Below, one piece after another: positions 39,456-50,429 of a stretch of 64,000 nucleotides of DNA. The DNA comes from the human T2T-CHM13v2.0 reference genome, Homo sapiens. The translations under genes and the position numbers were made by a program. Below the pieces are notes generated by a model that worked only from the letters and a program-made list of their open reading frames with translations, did no database searches and was not told where the DNA came from. The stretch is taken from the NCBI GenBank assembly GCA_009914755.4, contig CP086569.2, positions 10,304,001 to 10,368,000 of the forward strand, in the 5' to 3' direction. Numbering within the stretch: position 1 is the stretch's first letter; every line of letters starts with the position of its first letter.

Positions 39456-39573
39456 CCTTTATCCTTAGTTGCATAACCATCATCTCTGGGTGACATATGG
39501 CCATTTCTCCAAGAAGAGAATGGCTCTCTGTGTGGAGGACCTCCATAATTCTCTCTTCCACGTGATACAGGAC
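39456..39573 (-). pseudogene. RBMY pseudogene: exon [40 protein letters not shown]. The donor dinucleotide is not GT.
   Basis: ttaaag|(G)GT CCT GTA TCA CGT GGA AGA GAG AAT TAT GGA GGT CCT CCA CAC AGA GAG CCA TTC TCT TCT TGG AGA AAT GGC CAT ATG TCA CCC AGA GAT GAT GGT TAT GCA ACT AAG GAT AAA GG|aaaaaattt. Confidence 0.6.
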
Positions 39574-40914
39574 CTTTAATATTAAAATGATGGACCACTA
39601 TGTATAGAAAACCAAACCTGAAACACTATTTTCTCTTCTCTCAAACAACTTTTTACACTTATTTCTTCTATGACTCCATTCTTCGTTCCCTAAATTACTA
39701 AACAGTCATAACACTGTGAATATTTCTTACAGCTTTGGATAATCCCATGGCTCCTGCAAAGCCAGTTCTTCTAATGAAGCTGAAGCCCAACATTAATTCT
39801 TAGATAAAAGTTCATTTGTAATGGTTAATAACTACTTAGTTATTATTCTCATTTTCATATGAATTACTGATGACTACTAATGACACAGGGAACACATGTA
39901 AAGCCATCAAACTCATCAAACATCTTCAAAATGTAAAATACATTTTAAAAATGTATTTTAAAGTTTACATACATTGTCCTTTCTCAGCTGAAGAAGGTAA
40001 ATTTTCCTATGTTGTTCAATCCATCTCACACACACAAATACTGATACCTTTGAACGACTGCATGCTAAATGTTTACATAAAAGTTCTCCTTTATCTCTGA
40101 GTGGTTGCATCTATCCTAAATGTTGACAAATTAAAATGTACTAGTGAAGATTTTCTGAAGATGGCCAACATTTACTTTTACTGCAATAAACAGTACTATT
40201 AAAGGGGTCATTACAACATTGTTGCTATTTCAAAATAGAAAAGGTTCTCCTTTAATATATTATTCACGTGCTACTCATTAGAGGTCAGTGTTTTGCCTAT
40301 GATATGTTCACTGGCTAATTTTCAAATGAAAATGTGTTGCCTTGTGTATCCTGAAGTCCATAAATACCTAACTTCACCAATACTCTACATATCAAATGTA
40401 AAATTGAAAATGGCAGTTTTCAATTTCCTCCATATTAGGGTGGAGGACTAAGTAAGAATTTTAATTTGTTCTGCTTAAACTTCTTGGTTAAGAACTTTTA
40501 TTTATTATCTTGCTTTCTTCTCTTCAGTCTGCAATCTTACAATTCTCCTTCTAAAAAATATTACTTTTATACAATCCTAGTGGTTACCTCATGTTGCTTA
40601 GTTCTAAATTCTCTCCTCAAATAAATTCAAATCTTACAGTAAGGATCTTGTGTTAATGTTTAAACATCCTGGTATGATCTCAATTATTGATTTACATCTC
40701 CTTATATTTCACAACTCTGCACTTCTGTGATATCCACTTAATTTAAGAATATTGGACTCCTTCATGTCTACCTTTAAAGCCTTAAATTTATTTTTTAATA
40801 ATATTTAAGCCCAGTGACTCCTTGTCTGCTAAGTCCTCATGTAGTTCTTTTGAATCTTCATATAAGCAGTAAGAATGACTTGCACATAAGCATTATTGAG
40901 GTCTCAGAAGCTGG

Positions 40915-41150
40915 AAGGCCAGGCTCAGCAGCTCACACTGTGAGCCACTGTAGAAGGCTGAGTCAGCTGTACTGCTTGAGGCCCGGGCTTTAATGTCAGT
41001 TTTGACAATGTAGTGAGATCCTATCTCTACAAAAATATAGGGAAAATAATTTAGCTAGTTGTGGTGGTGCATGCCTGTAGTTGCAGAAACTTGGGAGGCT
41101 GAAACAGGAAAATTGCTTGAGCCCAGGAATTTGAGGCTGTAATAGGCCTT
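40915..41150 (+). mobile_element. Old, diverged Alu/FLAM-like element, sense
   Basis: ggccaggctcagcagctcacactgtgagccactgtagaaggctgagtcagctgtactgcttgaggcccgggctttaatgtcag...ttagctagttgtggtggtgcatgcctgtagttgcagaaacttgggaggctgaaacaggaaaattgcttgagcccaggaatttgaggctgtaatagg. Confidence 0.7.
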
Positions 41151-41610
41151 CATCTTACCAATAAACTCTGACATGGTAAGGGCAAGACTCCAACCCGACA
41201 TAGAAGCTGAACAAGCAATTTTTAGATTGGGACACCAGGGGACCATTACCAGGGGACACTAGGAAATGGAAGAATTCATTAGATGAAGAAGCATACCATC
41301 AAAGAATACTGCTTGCTAAGAACTTTCAGAAAAATTAAAGGGAATTTTCTAGCAAACACAGGATTAAAAGGAATGTTGGCCTCACTCTAATCACTTCTTT
41401 GATCGGCAATGAGAAGCTCCAGTATTTCTTCACCATAAATCTGAAATGTATCTAGTGAGACAGAAACTATAATAAAAGCTATCGATCAGTAATTATGCCC
41501 ATGTATGTGTTACTTCTCTTTTGTTCAATGAAGTTAAAGTTAAGCACCCAGTTAAAAAAGCTCATTCTTAGTTGTACAAAAAAAATGGTCTTTCTATCAC
41601 GTAGCATTTA

Positions 41611-41762
41611 CCTTGGCCTCCCATACCACTGTTGCTTCTTGCCACAGCAGAAGGAACAGATTTCTTAGGAGGAAGACCTCCACGTCTTGAAGATGGAACT
41701 TTTTAGCTGGAATGGGTCCCCTAGGAGAACACAAGTTAAGATCAAGAGTGCATCCACCATCA
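41611..41762 (-). pseudogene. RBMY pseudogene: complete copy (A) of the same exon. It is more diverged, with a 1-bp frameshift giving a TAA.
   Basis: atacag|(G)AT GAT GGT GGA TGC ACT CTT GAT CTT AAC TTG TGT TCT CCT AGG GGA CCC ATT CCA GC, then frame-shifted TAA AAA GTT CCA TCT TCA AGA CGT GGA GGT CTT CCT CCT AAG AAA TCT GTT CCT TCT GCT GTG GCA AGA AGC AAC AGT GGT ATG GGA GGC CAA G|gtaaatgc. Confidence 0.65.
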
Positions 41763-42639
41763 TCTGTATTTCAAACAAAATATTTTTAGTTAACTAACAT
41801 CACTGTTTCTTAAATGGCTAAGTTTTAGTTGTATATAAAGATTTTCTACATATTATAATCTTACAGATTCACATTTGTCTAAACTAATAAAATTAACATT
41901 TCTATATGAAATTAGTACAATTCAATCAATAAAAGTCCATTTAGAATATCTAGAAAGAAACTCAAGAATCATAATACATTTGTGTGAGAGATGTGGAAAA
42001 GTGGGGAGTGAACAGGGAGCACAAATATATCAATAAAATCATTAAGTATAATATACACAAAAATATTAAAAGAAAAATGATAAATGACTGTTTATATCAT
42101 TGTTATGATGAAAAACTTTCAAAGTATATCATAAAGATAAACTAAATTCCATTCAAAGAAACTGAAATATTTGCAATATCAAAATGTGACACATCAGGAA
42201 AATACATTATCTCTAAAATTTGTTAAGATAATATAGAATTCTTACAATTCCTTTATGAGACACTAATTTTCAGATTAGACTACGCTAAATTTTAATAATC
42301 TTTAAGAATTGCATATAAAAACGTTTTCATATATCTACAAAAAATGTAGATATAAGCCAATTGCCAGGTGGTGTTACAGGTTAGAATACACACATTCTCA
42401 TACATGGCAGAGTATTATTGAACCTCACCCTCAAGATCAATGGAGACAAAATAACCAAGAAGCTATGCATTTTAAAATGGAACAAACACTGCAATTTCAA
42501 CTTTAAAAAAAATCTCCAATTAATTACACATCTGGTTATTAAAACTCCAAGTTAAATGTTAGATTTTTGAAGGCTGGTTAATAGATAATACAAGTTAACC
42601 ATAGGTTTATTTATTTATTTATTTGTTTGTTTATCGAGA

Positions 42640-42916
42640 TGGACTCTTGCCCTATTGCCCAGGCTGGAGTGCAATGGTGTGATCTTAGCTCACTGAAGCT
42701 TCTGCCTCCCAGGTTCCAGTGATTCCTCTGCCTCAGCCTCCCGAGTATCTGGGATTACAGGTGCATGCCACCACGCCAGGCTAATTATTTGTATCTTTAG
42801 CAAAGACAGGGTTTCACCATGTTTGCCAGGCTAGTGTGGAACTCCTGACCTCATGGTCCACCTGTCCCGTATTCCCCAAGTGCTGTGATGACAGGCGTGA
42901 GCCACCTTGCCCAGCC
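42640..42916 (-). mobile_element. Alu, antisense (in duplication copy A)
   Basis: gagatggactcttgccctattgcccaggctggagtgcaatggtgtgatcttagctcactgaagcttctgcctcccaggttccagtgattcc...gtgagccaccttgcccagcc. Confidence 0.88.
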
Positions 42917-43523
42917 CATCCAATAGTTTTTTTTTTTAATAATACATGTTTTTTATGTAAATATTGGCCCCTCATTTCTATTGTGTAAATCACTCATAAT
43001 TATCATATGATAAATTATCATAATTATCACTGAAAAATTTTCAGTGACTCATCCTCCAGCAAAGAAAGATACATAGATATCTGTGAAGCAGTTGTTTTTA
43101 GAACTTTCCAGAGCCACAGACTCTTCAGAAATTAAAGTTCTACATTTCTTAAATTGAAAATGCTTTATGGCAGGCCAATGTACAAACTCTACGTATCAAA
43201 ATTACAAAGCAATAGATTTGCATAGATGTTTGCACATGTATACACACAAAAAAAATTGAAAAATAAATCTTAAGTACTGAGTTACTTTTTTCCTGTTGGA
43301 AAGTTTTAAATATTCCGTTGTATTTTGATAATACAACTGATATGAAGTTCTGGGCCCCAAAGTAGAAAACTCTAAAGTATAATGAATATAAATCAGTTCT
43401 GCAGAAAACCAGTTGAGTACAGGCAGTCAGCATTCATAAAACTCAATTCAGTTTGAAATCTGCGCTATTTCAATGCAAAGTTATTATAATTTTAAAACAA
43501 ATTTTAGATATTAGTTCAATCAT

Positions 43524-43588
43524 TCTTTTAACTGGAATGAGTCCCCTAGAATAACTCATCTTGAGATCAGGAGTGTATCCACCATCAT
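43524..43588 (-). pseudogene. RBMY pseudogene: 5' part of the [10 protein letters not shown] exon, duplicate copy B. It is cut off by the tandem-duplication junction and has no donor.
   Basis: atatag|(G)AT GAT GGT GGA TAC ACT CCT GAT CTC AAG ATG AGT TAT TCT AGG GGA CTC ATT CCA GTT AAA AGA, then unrelated sequence (atgattgaactaatatc). Confidence 0.65.
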
Positions 43589-44454
43589 CTATATTTCAAA
43601 CAAGATCTTTTTAGTTAGCTAACATCACTGTTTCTTAAATGGCTAAGTTTTACTTGTTTACAAATATTTTCTACATTTTATAACAAATTCACATTTTGTC
43701 TAAACTAATAAAATTAGCATTCCTACATGGTATTAGTACACTTCAAGCAATAAAAGTTCACTTAGAAAATCTAGAAAGAAACTCAAGTATCATAATATAT
43801 TGGTATGAGAGAGAGATGTGGGAAAATGGGGAGTGAACGGGGGCAGAAATCTATCACTGAAATATCTAAATATAATATGTATAAAAATATTAAAAGAAAA
43901 ATGATAAATGACTGTTTATATCATTCTGTAATGAGGAAAAATTTTCAAAGCACATCATAAACTAATTTCCATTCAAAGAAACTCAAATATTTCCAATACC
44001 AAGAAGTGACATATCAGGAAAATACATTGTCTCTAAAATGTGTTAACACAACATAGAATTTTTAAAATTCCCTTATGAGACACTAATTTTCAGATTAGAC
44101 TATGCTGAATTTTAACAGTTTTTAAGAATTGCATATTCGGTAATATAAAAATATTTTTATACATCTACAAAAACGTAGATATATGCCAATTGCCAGGTGG
44201 TGTTACAGGTTAGAATTTATATATACATTCTCATCCGCGGCAGAGTATAATTGAACCTCACCCTCAAGATCAGTGGAGACAAAACAGCCATGAAGCTATG
44301 CATCTTAAAATGGAGCAAACACTGCAATTTCAACTTGAAAAAAATCTCCAATTAACTACACGTCTCGTTATTAAAACTCCAAGTTAATTGTTAGAGTTTT
44401 GAAGGTTGGTTAATAGATAATACAAGTTAATCAACAGGTTTATTGATTTATTTA

Positions 44455-44740
44455 TTCAGATGGACTCTTGCCCTATCACGCAGGCTGGAGTACCATGGCA
44501 TAACCTTGGCTCACTGCAGCTTCTGCCTCCCAGGTTCCTGTGATTCTCCTGCCTCAGCCTCCTGAGTAGCTGGGATTACAGGTGCACACCACCACGCCCA
44601 GGCAAATTTTTTTGTACCTTTAGGAGAGACAGGGTTTCACCATGTTGGCCAGGCTGGTCTGGAACTCCTGACCTCGTGGTCCACCTGCCCTGTACTCCCC
44701 AGGTGCTGAGGTGACAGGCGTGAGCCACCTCGCACAGCCC
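44455..44740 (-). mobile_element. Alu, antisense (in duplication copy B; paralogous to 42640-42916)
   Basis: cagatggactcttgccctatcacgcaggctggagtaccatggcataaccttggctcactgcagcttctgcctcccaggttcctgtgattctcc...gtgagccacctcgcacagcc. Confidence 0.88.
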
Positions 44741-45490
44741 ATCCAATAGTTTTTTCTTTTTCTTTTTTTTTAAATATATGGTTTGTTTTTCTTTTATATG
44801 TAAAAATAGACCCTCATTTCTATTAAGCGAATCACTCATAAATATCATTTTCAGTGACTCAGCCTCCAGCAAAGAAAGATACATACATATCTGTGAAGCA
44901 GTGGTTTTTAGACCTTTCCAGAGTCACAGACTTTTTTCAGAAATTAAAGTTCTACATTTCTTAAATTGAAAATGCTTTATGGCAGGCCAATGTACAAACT
45001 CTCTGTATCAAAATTACAAAGTAATACATTTGCATAGATGTTTGCACATGTATACACAAGAAAACAAATACTGCAAAATCAATCTTAAGTATTGAGTTCC
45101 TTTTTCCTGTTGGAAAATTTTAAATATGACATCGTACTTTGATAATACAACTGACATGAAGTTCTGGGCCCTAAAGTAGAAAACTCTAAAGTATAATGAA
45201 TATAAATGAGTTCTGCAGAAAATTGGTTGAGTACAGGCAATCAGCATTCATAAACACAACTCAGTTTGAAATGTGTGTTACTTCAATGCAAACTTATTAT
45301 AATTTTAAAACAAATTTAAGTATTAGTTCAATGATTCTCATAATACACCTTTAGTACTTAGAAATAATTTTGCTTATTATCAATAAGCTAATTTTCTCTT
45401 AAGGGAAATAAAAAAACTGAGAAATTTCGATATCTTCAAACTTATTTTCTTTCAGTCCTATGGTTCCATCTTTATATTTTAAAACATTAC

Positions 45491-45668
45491 CCAGGTGTCC
45501 TTCATGTGAGGGAAGCCACCCTCTTGTTCCTCCACTGCTTCCTCTTGCAGATCTCAGACTTCCTGAAGGGCTTCTGTTTCTCGAAGAAGCTGGTGGTCTC
45601 CGTCTACCACCACTTTGAAAAGATGGTTTCTTGGCTTGTTCTACTTTTATTGCTTTTCCATGCAAAGA
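45491..45668 (-). pseudogene. RBMY pseudogene: exon encoding the RRM C-terminus and the RS/R-rich linker, intact frame
   Basis: tctag|TCT TTG CAT GGA AAA GCA ATA AAA GTA GAA CAA GCC AAG AAA CCA TCT TTT CAA AGT GGT GGT AGA CGG AGA CCA CCA GCT TCT TCG AGA AAC AGA AGC CCT TCA GGA AGT CTG AGA TCT GCA AGA GGA AGC AGT GGA GGA ACA AGA GGG TGG CTT CCC TCA CAT GAA GGA CAC CTG G|gtaatg. This is also track ORF 45399-45665. Confidence 0.8.
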
Positions 45669-46743
45669 CTAGAAGTATTAAGGGTACTATCAATAACACT
45701 GGCACATTTAACGTAAGCGCATTTTACAAACATTTTTACATGAAATGTAGTTCAATTCGAGGTATTTTCTCCCAACAGGAAATTTTTTTTCTCCTAAAAT
45801 GAACACATCTTTCGCAATGCCAAATTTGAGATAGTTACTGAGCACATGCCTTCCATTAAGGGATCAAACACAAATTCTATTATTCAAATTCCTTGAAAAC
45901 TCCTCCATTATTAAAAAAAAAACCTCAAACATAAAAAAAAAGATTGACCCATCACACATTCTATGGAAGAATGTGGCACATCTGTTTTTTACAATATATA
46001 ATGCACTTCATCTTTGTATTCACATCACTGATTTGAAAGTTGCAGTGTCCCAATGAAACTTGTGTCATTTTAAAAAAAAATGAGCTTACTTTTTCAGAGT
46101 GATTAGTCACATTACTCATTATGAGTTGTTTCTTGTTGGATTTGCTAACACTTAGATAAAATGTCCCCATATGATTTACAATTCTATATTGACTCTAAAA
46201 ATGTTTCTGTAAATGTGATCCTTGTTTGATCTCGTTAAGTTTTCTTGCCTTACTCATTTCTTATATTGCCTTACACGTGCCCCTAAAAAAAGAATCTTAA
46301 TATAGTACTTCAGGTAATTGCTCAGAAATGCTTAAATATCCTAATTAATTTCATAATAACATTTTTCACTGTAATCTTTTCTACAGGCCACAGCAATTTT
46401 TGAAAACAGTTCAGCTAATAATGTGATTTAAAAATTACATGGCTTTTGTTATTTGGAGGAAGGACTTAAATCCCTGACAAGACCCCTTGCAGCCACATCG
46501 CCAGTTGTTCCTACCTTGAAACTTCTTTTGTTATTTCTGGGCTCAAAATATTTTCCCCAGATTTGCCCATGGCTGCTTCCTTCCCAGTGTTGTGAAGTCA
46601 GCCAAAATTCCTTAACTGTTAATTCCCCCTGAAAACTCGAAGAACCTCCTTTATTGGCCATCGTAACATTAATGTGCATACAACATTCATAGTTATTTTA
46701 ACACAATAAAATATGTAAGATGAAGTAATTTAGAAATAACGTT

Positions 46744-47050
<307 letters not shown>

Positions 47051-47479
47051 TTACCTGCTCTTTTGCTTGAAAACTAGGGAGAAAAAGAATTATCATAGAT
47101 TACTATACATAAGTCAAAATTATCTCCATACCTACCACAAAGCCATGAACCAAACGCTACTCTCAGTTTCTACCACAGCTTAAAATACTAATTTTTAAGA
47201 GTGAATAAAAATGTACTTTCTGCTATGTGCCAGGAAGCGTGCTAGATGTAGCAGAAATAAAAGCAACGAGGAAGACTTAAATAAGCAATATATACAATTT
47301 CACAATCAATAGATTAATATATAGTACAGTGAGTACAAAATACCTACAATACGCAATGAGGAAGAAAATATGAAATCTAAGTGGTTTTTGAAGCATAAAT
47401 TGTTATTTGTATACACACACAGGGAAGGATAATTCTCAAGAAGTACAAAAAAGCATTTTGGGGATAGCGTAAAGAGTAA

Positions 47480-47822
<343 letters not shown>

Positions 47823-48641
47823 GACTGGGATAATGTTATAAAGCCAAAAAGCTCTACAGGGCCCAGAATGGAATGATCTTGACTACAATGTAAAGGAATT
47901 CAACAGTTAATAGAATTACATAAAAGTTTGAAGCTTTAGCAAACACACAATCCCTAGATTTAAGACTCAATAGGACAAGAGACCATTGGTTGGATCAAAA
48001 CAAGTCCTTAAACACACTGAGGAAATGAGTAATTAGGTATTCATGTTACATAAATCACTCTGGTGACAGGAGAAAAAAAAAGTCCTTAGGAGAAAAGAGC
48101 AAGGATGGGGCAAAAATGCCAGTTACTTTTGTTATCCAACTTCAATGTTCTCATATTATTTTCCATTTTCAAGTACTTAACATTTCATTAAATGTAAAGG
48201 TCTTATTTAAATATACTTTCTCAAGAATATATTTTCAGAAAATGGGAGAGATTCTTTCCTTCTTATGAGTCTATCCAGATTTTTTCCACAGTTTGTCTAT
48301 ACTATGGAAGTATTTCCATGAATTGGAAATAATTCCATTAACAGTATTTAATAAATGTTGACTTATTCCTTTCATTTGCATGAGGGTTCTTTGTAAGTTT
48401 TAAAGTTCTTCAAAACCTTTCAAAATCTATTTACCCTCATATTGAAATACAAACATATAAAAAAGTTACCATATATTAAAGTTTCTAATGGTAATTCCAA
48501 TACCCTTCCAACTACACTTGCATGTAAATGGCACAAAGAGGAGGATGGCTTCATATGACATTCTACTATCTTCAAAAGTTTAGTAATATTAAAAAGACCT
48601 AGAAATACTGTTAATTCAAGAACCAAGTTAGAATATTATTA

Positions 48642-48827
<186 letters not shown>

Positions 48828-49189
48828 TCAAATCAAAAAATAATTGCATTTCACATCATTGCTGTGATTCTTAGTACTAAGTCACCCCTATAGTCAGCTT
48901 ATTTTATTCTACTTTGTTCCCTAATTCCAAAACACATTTACTTTTCTTCATTTTCCTAAGTAGTAGGTGATTTTTACCACAGACCCTTCACCAGCTGCTA
49001 TGAGAATTTTCCAAATATCAAATAGATACTTCAAAATAAGAGTTTAAAAGTGATAAGGCATTTTAATGTAGGTATACAATGAACTTTGAAAAAATATATA
49101 TTTTTTCAAAACACATATAAATATTTTAATAGACATATTCAAATATACATAGGAAAATACACACACACACACACGGTTTTAAGAGTTAC

Positions 49190-49289
49190 CTTCTGGTATG
49201 GGACCGTGTTTCACAAATACTGCTTTAAGCAACTTTTCATTGGTTTCTCTATTGAGATCACCGATGAAAAGCTAGTCAGGATGATTGTG
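49190..49289 (-). pseudogene. RBMY pseudogene: first recognisable coding exon (N-terminal RRM). It carries a premature TAG and no ATG is visible at the expected position.
   Basis: Reverse-complement ...ttacag|CAC AAT CAT CCT GAC TAG CTT TTC ATC GGT GAT CTC AAT AGA GAA ACC AAT GAA AAG TTG CTT AAA GCA GTA TTT GTG AAA CAC GGT CCC ATA CCA GAA G|gtaactc. Compare RBMY1 [34 protein letters not shown]. Confidence 0.7.
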
Positions 49290-49519
49290 CTGTAAACGGT
49301 AAAAAATTATCTATATTTAGATGAAAATAAATAAGCTAAAAAGATAAAATTTTATTACATACTGTGTTGAAAACTCAAGTACAATTCCCTTCCAGAGGCT
49401 GACATCTTTTTATTATTTGTGTCCACCTCACCGCCTTCTTACCCTGAGCAACCCTTGTCTGAGGAAATATTGTCTTCCACTAAACCGGTCCTTGATGAGA
49501 AAATGGCTATAGATTAAAG

Positions 49520-49630
49520 GGGCCCTTTATGTTACCCAGGCTGGTCTCCAACTCCTGACCACAAGCCATCCTCCTACCTTCACTTCCCAAAATGCTAGTA
49601 TTACAAGAGTAAGTCAGTGTGCCAGGTTAA
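49520..49630 (-). mobile_element. Alu fragment, antisense
   Basis: tgttacccaggctggtctccaactcctgaccacaagccatcctcctaccttcacttcccaaaatgctagtattacaagagtaagtcagtgtgccagg. Confidence 0.7.
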
Positions 49631-50429
49631 CAGAATAACTAAAGCACATCTATTTTGTTCCTGTTTTAGGCTAACTCCATTTATCTTGATTACACCCACT
49701 TAATAGGTTGAAATTATTTACGGTGCTAGAGACACATGACACATGTTTGAAATACTGTCATACAAGGAAGGAAACAATTACAGGTTTTACAGAGGCAAAT
49801 TTAATCTGAAATTATTTATGGCCCCAGACTTCTGCACACACTAAAATAACACAATTTATGTCAAAATTTGTTAATTCCTGGCAAGCAAAGCAGACATGTG
49901 ACATGTGCTGACTAAAAGTATAAGTCTTTAATCACAGTGGTTAAGTATACTGCCTGTATTTTGAATTATGACCACACTTACAGAGAAAAACTCCTTCAAT
50001 AAAATGTGCAGATGAAAACAATGGCGCCTTAGCACCATCTCCTACAACTTGCCCACATGTCGGACATGTGTGACGGTTAAAGGTAGAATCCTCAAAAAGC
50101 ATCAATGTGTTTAACAAAAATGAGTTTCTTAAGAGCGCTAAGGAGTTCTCTCCCCACTGTCTCCTCCCATAGTTCAACACCCACACATAGAAAACCCATC
50201 CCTTTTAAAAACAAAATCCCAAACCTTTGCTTCCTGTTCTTGCCAAAAGACCAACCTGTCCAGAGAAAACAGAAATACAGGTGCTCTTCAGTAGGACAAA
50301 CAGCCTCAGGGTCGTTCGGCCCTCAGGTTGTCTGCATCTGGCTTCTGGACAGCACAGGGCCAACTGCAGGAAGCACACTTCGAGCTGGCCTGAGCAGGAA
50401 GGATGCCAGAAGCCATGCCCGGAAATCCT

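Larger units (their letters stand above)
41690..45330. repeat. Intragenic tandem duplication, two ~1.8-kb units (A ~41690-43520, B ~43520-45330), about 85-90% identical. Each contains an antisense Alu and a copy of an RBMY exon.
   Basis: Long colinear blocks, e.g. 42280-43440 versus 44090-45250 (gattagactacgctaaattttaataatctttaagaattgcatat...ccaattgccaggtggtgttacaggttagaat...gcaatttcaactt...). The unit ends caaatttta/agatattagttcaat at about 43495 and 45305. The A/B junction is at about 43520, inside the exon. Confidence 0.85.
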
